A DNA stretch of 64,000 nucleotides from contig JAUCBJ010006452.1 in assembly GCA_032718475.1 (NCBI GenBank), positions 1 through 64,000 on the forward strand, given 5' to 3'. The stretch comes from Nemertoderma westbladi (taxonomy: Eukaryota > Animalia > Xenacoelomorpha). Under the pieces are notes generated by a model, which saw nothing but the letters and a program-made list of their open reading frames with translations, was not told the origin of the DNA and searched no databases. The translations under genes and the position numbers were made by a program. Positions 36,694 through 48,164 of this stretch are shown piece by piece (the stretch's first letter is position 1; each line of letters opens with the position of its first letter).

Positions 36694-37900
36694 TGTTCGC
36701 GCTTTCAGACCTTTGGCAGTTTAACCCGCCAAATTATGATGTCTTCTAGATATTAAATCGCTTTTTAGCCTATGACAAGTATTTGATTCACTACACTAGT
36801 CGAAACCAATCTGTGCGCGATCATTCACCCGCTGGATATACCCGGGGGATTGGGTTTGACGGTTTAATCTTATTGCTATGTAAGCCTAACGTATTATTCG
36901 ACTGACAGTATTATATAATCTCTGACAATATTATTCACCTTCGGGGAATATTAACAGTTCCTTTAGGACGTGGCGCTCTATCCATATAAACAGAGTTATG
37001 ACTTAAACTACTCACAACGATATGGCTTAATTATAATTCACATATATGGCGCATTCTTTAGGAAATGCTTCTTTAACAGACTCACTCATACACAATGCTG
37101 CACAATACTGCACACTAATCTGCCGATCTTCACTGATTTTAGTCACATATAAAAGGAACACCGACTGACTCATGTAGGGTCTATCAAATAACATTAGATT
37201 CACTTCAAACCACTTTAACATAAGTCACAATCGATATATGTAACCCTTCTCTCTTACCTTCGGTATATCAAGAATATTGGGTTTCGGGGTTGTTTCTCGT
37301 TATTCCAAATATAATAATTCATCCACAAATATAATGAATAACCGACAGCAAAGCAGTAATGTTAAGTTAAGTTGCACAGTATTGGCCAATTAACCAGTTT
37401 GTTTTGAGTTAAGACAATCAGCAATTAGTTTGCGAGTGATTCGTTAGTTAAAGGATATATGTCCTTATAATTAAACCTACTAGTGTGAAGCTAAAAAGCA
37501 TAAAAGCACAAAACACTACAAAGCCGTTCTTTCGTGGCTTTGAAAAACTCGTGACTACTACTCTATACGAGGATACCAACTACCCTTATTCCACGAAGCT
37601 CCCGTTCAACACAGAGAAAGAGCAGTGAGATAGGAAAATTTCAGTTCAGTAGCTCTGTGATAGGTCAAAATCAAAGCTAACTCAAATTCTATTGGGAGAT
37701 ACAAAAACAGGGCTATGACGCAACCTCCCTAGGCTGGTTGTCCGATTAAACAGAGCCCAGATACCTGCTTACAGCAAATCAGCCAATAAGCTGGTAGCTT
37801 GCACTATTTTAGTTATAGATCCCCTTTAGAGTATTCTAGCGACCGGGGGGGAACTGGCCAGCAAAGCAAACGAACCAGTTATCCCACAAAAGCTTTTACA
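36694..37900 (-). repeat. 5' LTR of B1
   Basis: Near-identical to 19342-20548. Confidence 0.97.
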
Positions 37901-38722
37901 TAAATCAACCTTATTTCCTGACATTAGGGGTTTTCTGAGAAGCTGATCACAAATATGAGACTAAAAAATATCATATTATCCAACTAAATTAATTTTTTTG
38001 GCATTTGTAAGTTTTATGCTACAGTTGTATTTTTCGTCCCACCAGAGAAGCACTAAAAACAAAAGTTTCATTACCACTAAACATTTTTAACGAGTAGTTG
38101 TATCATGCATGATCAGCGGCCTTGAAAACCAATATTACCCAAACAATGGGAAAATTTAACCGTATGAAATTTTTGCTACTTCTACTTTTAATCCTGGGGT
38201 ATCAGAAATACACCAAAAATTATGTTTGACGTACGAGAAACATTATTACAGTAATAAGTTTCATCGTGATCAGAGACCTCAAAAACCCATATATCTTCGG
38301 AATTATCAAACCAAATACAACATATTTTTGTTTTCTAACCAATAACGTATTAAAAAAGCCGGGCCAGATAAGAGTTTATATCTGAGATAGTCTGTTTTGG
38401 CACGTAAGAATGCCTAGAACTTCAGGTTAAACAACAAATTTATACATGCCAAAACAGACTAACTTTGAGATAGACTGTTTTGGCATATAAATGTCTAAGA
38501 AAACATAAAAGCAATTACGCTCTATCTCACATTACACTATGTAGATAGGAGTTTCAGTTAAAAATATGCTGTTCAAATAATTATATGACTATAACTTACC
38601 TAATGACATCATTTCACAGGATTTCCACCAATCAGGATTCAAATGACAAGCCTGGAATGTATTTTGCGTTTTTCTCAAAACTATGTAAAAATGAGATAGA
38701 CGGTTTTGGCATTTAAGGGCCG

Positions 38723-39500
38723 AATAAGGCGGTGATCACTGAAGAAGGGTTGTAGTGTAAATGCATTACAGTCTTGTATAGAGCTCCTGTATTTCACACG
38801 AAACAGGATATGGTCTATCTGGGACTTGTGACCACTGGATCCACTTTCTAGTTCGCTTCTTGAACTGGGTTCCAGCCGAAAACAATCCATTTCCAGAGAT
38901 AAAATCCTGAAGATGGATGGAATTTCGGTTAACACTATTGCTATAGACCCAGGGCGATGTAGGTGATTGATGCAGACTTGCATTAAAGTCTCCCAGGAAT
39001 GTTAAGGATGCATGCTGATCCACTCCATCAGTAGCTGCTTGTAGATTCTGGTAGAAATTTTCCACCTCCTCTACAGGGGCAACACTAGTTGGAGAGTAGC
39101 ACACAATCAGAACCACCTTAGGAAACTTCTTAGCCAGTCTTCCAGAACATAAGAAGTGGCAACGGATTATGCGGTTAGAGATTTGGTCTGTTTTGTCCAA
39201 TGCTGCTTGTGCAGTTGGATTCATCAATAGACCAATTCCACCATTGCCACTATCATCTGCTGAAGCGAGGGCAAGTCGCCAACCGCCCCCCATGTCCTTA
39301 ATCAGAACCTCATCAGTCTGTCCAGTCTGCATTCGGTGCTCTTGAACACCCACTGCACTAAGAGAAAGCTTATCTGCCAAGGCAGTCAGCTCACCTTGTC
39401 GCATTGGGGACCCGAGTGTTAGGGTGTTTACTGAGGCTAGTCTAGTGGGTGACCCAGGGTTTGGGCCAGAAAGGTCATTAGGAAAGGGACTCAAAGAATT
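38723..39500 (-). mobile_element. LINE piece 1: apurinic endonuclease domain
   Basis: ASVNTLTL, GVQEHR, GIG, CYSPT, LGDFNA, IDHIL and SDH motifs. Confidence 0.92.
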
Positions 39501-39739
39501 GTTTGCCGCTCTCTCTCCAGTAGGGGGTAAGACAGCCGGTCAGGAGATAACTGACGCCTGTGAGGCCGATTGTGTCCAGTCATTCCACTGGCCTAGGTAG
39601 GCCACTGGTAGTGGAGCGTCAGACTGATGATAACAGCTAATAGGTCATAATTAACTGAGTACCGGTTTAACTCTGGAACTGTAATAGGTATATTGCAATT
39701 GGCCTACTGGACTGGCCTAGCTCTACCTATCTAACAATG

Positions 39740-40680
39740 AAGGCCTACCTAATGTTATCGCGGAGCTGGATAAATTATATCTAAAAGACGAGCAGACACA
39801 TCCACGACACAAGGATATGAGGTATGGTTAAAATTATAACAGTATACAAAAACATCTAGTATAAATTATCAAGAATACTGTAGTCAATTTTCAAGATTAA
39901 GGAAAGAAGCAAAATTGTTTCATGTAGAAGTTAGTGAAACCGTTGACATTAGCAATGAGTGCAGCTGGGGGTGAGAAGGTGAGCCCAGTCCATGTTGAGT
40001 CTGCACTCAGGAGGTACCTTAGTACTACTGTAAAATTATGTAAAGATGAGGAGGATTTATTACAAAAATCATGTGTAAAAGGTCTGGATGTTAGTGGTGA
40101 TGGTATATGCGAATTTGACAATGTAGAGTATGACAAATGGTTACAGGAATTGTTAGATGAAGATAAAATGCAGGCTTTAGAATGTGCTTTTATAGCTACC
40201 CAACGGGGTGTGAAACGTTTTTAAAGGAACCCTATCCGTCAAAGTTCTAATGTGTTTGGTAGGCCCGGTTTCAACAAATATGCTGGACCGTCAAATTTTT
40301 CCAGGGAACCTAACCCAATTTTCAGACGTATGAATACACCCATGAATTGTTTGGGATGTGGCAGTATATACCATTTATTAATAATTGCAATGCCAAGGGA
40401 GAGAGAAGTGAGTTTGTCAATTTGAGCAGTATTTATAGTCCAGGAATGCATGATATTAATGAAAATACAGAGGATATTTTTCATATTGAAAATGCATATG
40501 TTACCTTCACAAATGACAAAATAATTTCTGAAAGGTCGGCAATTATTGATTCAGCAGCTACAAGATCTGTATGTGAAACGGCGTGGGACAATAATTTCAA
40601 AAAAATCATTTTCATATCTCTCCTGAAGAATTGCCTTCAAATACATTTTATAAATTTGGCCATGGTGGATTACGACGTGC
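39740..40680 (+). pseudogene. Degenerate Ty1/copia (GalEa-like) gag-protease fragment
   Basis: GLPNVIAELDKLYLKDE, frameshifted knuckle CLGCGSIYH/FINNC, protease AIIDSAATRSVC..W and YKFGHG. Clade call is from motif recall only. Confidence 0.6.
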
Positions 40681-40709
40681 TGTTTTTTCATCAAAAGTTA
40701 TTTCATCAA

Positions 40710-42545
40710 GAAGCTCAGAGAGGAGTTGGTACACAGAGAGGGTATGGAAGCTCAGAGAGGAGTTGGTACACAGAGAGGGTATGGAAGCTCAGAGAGGAGA
40801 TGGTACACAGAGAGGGTATGGAAGCTCAGAGAGGAGTTGGTCAACAGAGAGGGTACGAAGGCCAGATAGGAATTCGTACAAAGAGAGGGTATGGAAGCTC
40901 AGAGAGGAGTTGGTACACAGAGATGGTACGAAAGCCAGATAGGAATTCGTACACAGAGAGGGTATGGAAGCTCAAAGAGGAGTTGGTACACAGAGAGGGT
41001 ATGGAAGCTCAGAGATGAGTTGGTACACAGAGATGGTACGGAAGCCGATAGGAATTCGTACACAGAGAGGGTATGGAAGCTCAGAGAGGAGTTGGTACAG
41101 AGAGACGGTACGGAGGCCAGAGAGGAGTTGGTCAACAGAGAGGGTACGGAGGCCAGATAGGAATTCGTACACAGAGATGGTATGGAAACTCAGAGAGGAG
41201 TTGGTACAGAGAAAGGGTATGGAAGCTCAGAGAGGAGTTGGTACACAGAGATGGTATGGAAGCTCAGAGAGGAGTTGGTACACAAACAGGGTATGGAAGC
41301 TCAGAGAGGAGTTGGTACACAGAGAGGGTATGGAAGCTTAGAGAGGAGTTGGTACACAGAGATGGTACGGAGGCCAGATAGGAATTCGTACACAGAGAGG
41401 GTATGGAAGATCAAAGAGGTGTTGGTACACAGATAGGGTATGGAAGCTCAGAGAGGAGTTGGTACACAGAGATGGTGCGGAGGCCAGATAGGAATTTGAA
41501 CAAAGGGAGGGTATGGAAGCTCAGAGAGGAGTTGTGGTACACAGAGAGGGCATGGAAGCTCAAAGAGGAGTTGGTACACAGAGATGGTACGGAGGACAGA
41601 TAGGAATTCGTACACAGAGAGGGTATGGAAGCTCAGAGAGGAGTTGGTACACAGAGATGGTATGGAGGCCAGATAGGAATTCGTACACAGAGAGGGTATG
41701 GAAGCACAGAGAGGAGTTGGTACACAGAGAGGGTACAGAAGCCAGAGACGAGTTGGTACACAGAGATGGTATGGAGGCCAGATAGGAATTAGTACTCAGA
41801 GAGGGTACGGAATCTCAGAGAGGAGTTGGTAAACAAAGAGGGTACGGAGGCCAGATAGGAATTCGTACAAAGAGAGGGTATGGAAGCTCAGAGAGGAGTT
41901 GGTACACAGAGATGGTACGGAGGCCAGAGAGGAATTCGTACACAGAGAGGGTATGGAAGCTCAGAGAGGAGTTGGTACACAGAGAGGGTACAGAAGCCAG
42001 AGACGAGTTGGTACACATAGATGGTACGGAGGCCAGATAGGAATTAGTACTCAGAGAGGGTATGGAATCTCAGAGAGGAGTTGGTAAACAAAGAGGGTAC
42101 GGAGGCCAGATAGGAATTTGTACAAAGAGAGGGTATGGAAGCTCAGAGTGGAGTTGGTACACAGAGATGGTACAGAGGCCAGATAGGAATTCGTACAAAG
42201 AGAGGTTATAGAACCTCAGAGAGGAGTTGGTACACAGAGATGGTACGGAGGCCAGATAGGAATTCGAACACAGAGAGGGTATGGAAGCTCAGAGAGGAGT
42301 TGGTACACAGAGATGGTATGGAGGCCAGATAGGAATTCGTACAAAGAGAGGGTATGGAAGCTCAGAGAGGAGTTGGTACACAGAGATGGTACGGAGGCCA
42401 GAAAGGAATTCGCACAAAGATAGGGTATAGAACCTCAGAGAGGAATTCGTACACAGAGAGGGTATGGACGCTCAGAGAGGAGTTGGTACACAGAGAGGGT
42501 ATGAAAGCTTAAAGAGGAGTTGGTACACAGAGATGGTACGGAGGC
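40710..42545. repeat. 36/37-bp minisatellite, left part
   Basis: Interspersed units GAAGCTCAGAGAGGAGTTGGTACACAGAGAGGGTATG and GAGGCCAGATAGGAATTCGTACACAGAGAGGGTATG. Confidence 0.97.
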
Positions 42546-45500
42546 TGTTAGCTTATTCAATCCCGCTAACACCCCATAAAGTTAAGCCAATAAGCAATAT
42601 TGGGGGACATGAGATTGGGTAACAACCAACTCGTGTCACCCCAACAAAGTGGGAAGGAGAAGCACACAGTAAGGGTCAGGGGCCAAACCCCTAACAGAGA
42701 GAGAACAGGTGGAGTGAAGGGGAACACTCCAGAAGGCGCCAACAAGGGTATCAACCAATCAGAGGGGGGAAAGGCACCGATTGAGTACAGCAATAAGGCC
42801 ACCGTGCAATATAACTAGTGGGCAGTAATCATCTCACTCAGTTATCTCAGTATCATGTTGGTGCTAGTTAGGTTAGTTAGTTTAGCTAGGGAAGGACTGG
42901 GACTTTAATTACCGTTTCCCGCCTTCCGTGTACGACATCATATCACCTATATCTATATCTATATCTTATACCTGAACATTATACACAAGGAACGACACAA
43001 ACTCTTTCACTCTTCACACACGGCGGGGACACGTGAATTAACACCGGATAAACCGGGATCCTTCCCTGGATCCCGTCACAGTAATTAAATCAGAGCTGCC
43101 GCCCTAGTTGAATCCACTAGCTACCAGTGACTACCAGCCACCAATCCAAAGTTAAAGGAGATGAGTAGAGAAGGAGAGACGACACCGACGCGGACCCCGG
43201 ACGACAATCTAACGATCCGCGAGGCCGCGACCAGACAGTATACACCCACGACGCCGGACCCATCGATGACGGGCGATCCGGAAGTTCAGGATGAGGGGGG
43301 CCGTCTGGAGTCAGAGGTCGAGTCGAGAGGAGGGGAAGTCGAGTTAGAGGGAGAAAGAGACGAGTCGACACGCGACGACGATCACCGTGCCGATGCCGCC
43401 GGCCCGCCACAGGCTGAGGGCGACAGACGGCCCACCGGAATGGCGACGGCGGGGCCGCCGGTACGACGTTGGACCCGGAGAGACAGAGGAGAGGTCGGCG
43501 ACGAGGACGTCGGGGTTTCTGAGCAACTTCAACGGGCCTACATCGCGACCCGGAGACTACTAGAGGAGGCCAGAGGAGGGGCGACGATAGACGAGGTAAA
43601 ACTAAAAAAAGAACTAGGTGAGTCAAATAGGCATTTTAACTATTTAATGCGATTAGGACAGAGAGAAACGGCCAAAGAGAGAGCGAGAGGGGTCGCCAAG
43701 AAACTGTGTGACCTATGGGGGTGTAGGGATATGGGGCCTGGTGCAGTGTACATAGGGCCATACTTAGTCGGTGCCCAGGGTGTAAAATTAGTGGGTTGGA
43801 AGAGACCTGAGGAGGGCGAATCCGAGGCTGACCCCGAGGATTTGGTCTCGTCGGTCGGAGGGAGTTCTGGGAGGAGGGGGAAAGTTAGTGGGACGGGAAG
43901 GCGGATGGAATCCGTCACAACCGGTAAGTCTGCTACATCCTCCGCGAAAGGAAGACGGGTGAGAGAGATAAACGCCACGTACCATCTCGACCTAATAACG
44001 CAAGGTAATAGAGAAGTAAGTAGACGGTTAGAGGAGGGGAGAGTGCTGATAGAGAAGGAGATGGCACTGATTAGGGAGACAAGAGAGAGGGCCGAAAGGG
44101 CCGCGAGAAGCTTTAGGGAGTGTGAGGAAATAGAGAGGAAGGAACAAGAGGAGCGTGTGGCGGAACGTAAGGAGCGTGAGGCGAGAGAATAAAAGGAACG
44201 GAAAGAGCGTGAGGCGGAACGCAAAGAGCGTGAGGCGGAACGTAAGGAGTGTGAGGTGAGAGAGGAAAAGGAACGCAAGGAGCGTGAGGAGAGGCGAAGG
44301 GAGGGAGCTAGGAGAGTGGCAGAGTTGGCCGACCAGGACGCGCGGAAGTGTGAGGAGAGAATGGCAAAAGCGGAGCGAAAGCAGAAGGAATTGGAGAAAC
44401 AACAAAGTGGGATTATAGAGTACAAAGCTAGACACATGCGCAAATTGGAACTGGCGCAGATAGGGGCGCGTCTGAGAGCGGGGATGGCTCGAATATTTTC
44501 GAGGAGCCAAGGGCCATGGACACGTTTATTAATACCCCACTTACAGGGACCGCACGACAGACCCAAAACTGGTGTGACCGTACGGGCGGGGGGGGGGGGG
44601 GGGGGGGGGGGGTAATAATAATATTACCGTAGATGACGTTAATATTAATAATACTGTATTGAATTACTCTAACCAAATCTTTATTGCAGGAAGTACTTTA
44701 CCTAATAGTAATAATTTTATTTTAAATCCGAACAATTTAAATATTAACGTGCAAAATAATTCTAATAATGTAGTTATGCAGAATAACCCAAATAATTCAA
44801 ATAATAGCCCGAATTTGAATTTACAAAGTAACACAAATAATTTAAATAATAATCCGAATTTGAATTTACAAAATAATTTAAATAATGTTGTAACGCAAGA
44901 TAACGTTTTTAACTTTGGTGCACAAAATAATTTGGGTGAACTAGAGGATAATCACAGTGGTGTTATTGGTGTGGATGCGTCGGACGTACATAGCCCGGCG
45001 GGTGAGGGCCTGGTAGGCCACGTAGTCGGTAGGCCGGAAGCAGCGGGGTTGAGCCAACCCGAGGTAGGCCTGGTAGGCCTCGTAGATAGTAGGCCGGAAG
45101 CGGCGGGGTTGAGCCAACCCGAAGTCCAACCTGATCGTGCTAAAGACGCTAAACGCACCATACGAGCTCAACGCGTCCAACAACATCACCACGATAGCGC
45201 AGGCACTGCCGATCTGGCTGCGCAATAAGTGGAGGAGAGTCGGTTTCTCCACTCGAGATAGAAAGGGTGCGGAACCGGGTTTAGAAGAAATGTCGAGCTT
45301 CTTAAGCTACGAAGCTGAATTAATAACCAATCCAGTCTATAGCGAAGATAGCCTGGGAAAGGGATCAAAGACAGATTACCATAGACTGAAACCAGAGCAC
45401 AACGCTTCGAATGCATTACCAAAGCTCAGGCAATCACAGCCATATGCAGCAACCCAGGGGACTGCAAGTCCACAAGTAGCAGAAGGTAAGACCGGACAGG

Positions 45501-47220
45501 GGAAAAATAACAACACGAATAAACATAGCCCCAATACATCCAGAAGGCAGAACTCAAACTATAAAAACAGTAGGGACTTCAGTACAAATGCAACTGCGAT
45601 ACACGATGCACTGTACAAGGACGGCTACGACCCAAAGAGTAAATGCCAACTACATACAAATGCAAAGCATCGAACCATGAATTGCAGCTACTGGCAACCG
45701 TTACCTAGGGAAGATCAGCTAGAATATGCGGCGAGAAATGAGATCTGCTCACGATGTGTGAAGAGTGGACATCGAGCAAGGCAATGCACGGAGACCCCGG
45801 TTAAGTTCGGTCAATACAAAGGCCAAAAGATGGCAACGAGCACAGTAGGGGCGAAGAAAAGAGGAACGGTGCTACTTGGGGTAGTACCGGTGCGAGTGAT
45901 TGGGGAAGGCAACCGATCAGTAACCACTCTGATGCTGGTTGATAGCGGAGCTGCCTTCACATTAGTTGAGGATTGGGTGGCCAAAGAAATAGGATTGAGG
46001 ACGAGGCCAAGTAGAATGGCGGTAACAACTATCTCTAGTAAAGACGAGGTCCTAGAGATGAGGACCGGACGGTGCGCGATTGCAGCAGTAGCACTGGGAT
46101 GTGACTACGGGGCAACCATCGACCCCATCCAAGCGATAGAGTCAATTAATATCAATGCCAGGCAGCCAACCAACATCAAGGTTGAGCAATATAAATTCCT
46201 GGACAGTATTGACTTCTCAATCCCGGAGGTGGACGTCAGGAAGGTATCCATCCTAGTAGGAATGGACTGCCCGACGGCCCACGAAAGAATGCAAACGGTC
46301 TTCGGCGAAGACAGGGAGTGTGACCCAGTGGCGATATTGACACCATTTGGGTGGACACTGAGTGGCCCAATCAAGAGCAAGATACCATTTAGGATGTCGG
46401 AGACATCAGGATGCATGTTCACGGGAACTATGCAGGAAATGGGTGATGAGAGAGCAGAGGAGCAGCTTAAAAGACTGCTCAAACAAGATTTTGAGGGATT
46501 AAAGGAGACCGGGGTAGGGACCTCGGTGGAGGACAAACAGGCTCAACAGAGCGTAGAGGAGTCCATGACATGCAATGAGGGGCGGTATACCATAGGGATG
46601 GTATGGAAGCTACCGAAGCTACCGTTACACGATAATAAAGGGATGGTACTTACGAGGCTTCGTAAGTTGAAACAGACACTAAAACGGAGCCCCGAGAAGA
46701 ATGAGTACATCCACCGGACGATTAAGAAGTACGTCGAGAAAGGATGGGCTGTGGAGTTACCGGTCGACGAACCGAACACAGACAGGACATATTACCTGCC
46801 ACTCCACGTGGCTTTAGATCCGAAGAAAGGCAAACTGAGGATGGTAGTAGATGCGTCGGCAAAAACCAACGGAAAATGCCTAAACGACTATCTACTAGAG
46901 GGCCCCAATATATACAACTCGGGGATCGAGGTCCTACTAAGGTTCAGGAATGGGATACACGCCTTCACCTGTGATATTGAGGGCATGTTCAACCAAGTCC
47001 GTGTAACGGAAGAAGATAGCAATAGTCAACACTTCTTATGGTATAACGGCGACGAAGAACCGCCGATTATACTGATGTACAAGATGATAGTACAGAACAT
47101 GGGGGCCAAGTCGTCTTCCTTCACGACGACTATGGCGGTAAGAGACACAGTGAAAGGGAAGAAGGATAGATATAGTACTAGGGCCGTCGACATGATTCGA
47201 CGCGGCTTCTACGTAGACGA
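42546..47220 (+). mobile_element. Truncated BEL/Pao A2 (5' LTR 42546-43080, gag with internal deletion, PR, RT up to YVDD)
   Basis: LTR and gag homologous to A1. ORF 45137+ continues into RT (LRMVVDAS, LNDYLLEGP, DIEGMFNQV, FYVDD). Deletion junction at ~45125. Confidence 0.93.
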
Positions 47221-47961
47221 CACAGAGATGGTACGAAAGCCAGATAGGAATTCGTACACAGAGAGGGTATGGAAGCTCAAAGAGGAGTTGGTACACAGAG
47301 AGGGTATGGAAGCTCAGAGATGAGTTGGTACACAGAGATGGTACGGAAGCCGATAGGAATTCGTACACAGAGAGGGTATGGAAGCTCAGAGAGGAGTTGG
47401 TACAGAGAGACGGTACGGAGGCCAGAGAGGAGTTGGTCAACAGAGAGGGTACGGAGGCCAGATAGGAATTCGTACAAAGAGAGGGTATGGAAGCTCAGAG
47501 AAGAGTTGGTACACAGAGATGGTATGGAGGCCGGAGAGGAATTCGTACAAAGAGAGGGTATAGAACCTCAGAGAGGAATTCGTACACAGACAGGGTATGG
47601 AAGCTCAGAGAGGAGTTGTGGTACACAGAGATGGTACGGAGGCCAGATAGGAATTCGTACACAGAGAGGGTATAGAAGCTCAGAGATGAGTTGGTACACA
47701 GAGATGGTACGGAGGTCAGATAGGAATTCGTACAAAGAGAGGGTATGGAAGCTCAGAGAGGAGTGGGTATACAGATATGGTACGGAGGCCAGAGAGGAAT
47801 TCGTACAAAGAGAGGGTATAGAACCTCAGAGAGGAGTTGATACACAGAGAGGGTATGGAAGCTCAGAGAAGAGTTGGTACACAGAGATGGTTCGAAGCTC
47901 AGAGAGGAGTTGGTAAACAAAGAAGGTATGGAAGCTCACAGAGGAGTTGGTACACAGAGAT
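47221..47961. repeat. 36/37-bp minisatellite, right part
   Basis: Same units as 40710-42545. Confidence 0.97.
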
Positions 47962-48059
47962 TGTTCAGAGGACAGTACTTTAATAATAATACTGTAGTTA
48001 GTTCTAAGTGTAGTTAGACCTTCTGGGGTTTTACAAATCTGCTTTGAGAACAAACTTAC

Positions 48060-48164
48060 AGTTTCTCTTTCAACTAATTTGTTGGTGTCCTCGTTGTTGT
48101 CTCCATTGCACTCCACAGCTAAATATGCTGCCAGAGCTAAGAGTAGGAGATTTGCCTTTGACAT
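48060..48164 (-). CDS. Probable first coding exon of a host secreted protein
   Basis: ACAATG start, signal-peptide-like MSKANLLLLALAAYLAVECNG, 35 codons followed by a GTAAGT donor (phase 0). Confidence 0.6.

Larger units (their letters stand above)
19342..37900 (-). mobile_element. Full-length BEL/Pao LTR retrotransposon B1 (18.6 kb)
   Basis: 1207-bp LTRs with about 5 differences seen, TSD TAAAT (19337-19341 / 37901-37905), intact gag-pol, accessory ORF. Confidence 0.97.
18569..38722. mobile_element. Non-autonomous TIR DNA transposon (~1.6 kb net, 4-bp TSD; possibly Sola-like) interrupted by BEL B1
   Basis: TIRs CGGCCCTTACATGCCAAAACCGTCTA / TAGACGGTTTTGGCATTTAAGGGCCG, TSD AATA (18565-18568 / 38723-38726), subterminal GCCAAAAC repeats. 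Removing it restores LINE SDHRLI|VARVRLSL. Superfamily assignment is tentative. Confidence 0.88.

Noticed and set aside
39500-39630. HDV-like ribozyme at the LINE 5' end
   Set aside because: Some helices are present (CTGACGC/GCGTCAG) but I could not assemble the nested double pseudoknot.
40710-47961. CRISPR array, or coding ORFs in the 36/37-bp repeats (also the 42-bp array at 3024)
   Set aside because: Head-to-tail units without unique spacers, eukaryotic context, no cas genes; the ORFs are repeat artefacts.
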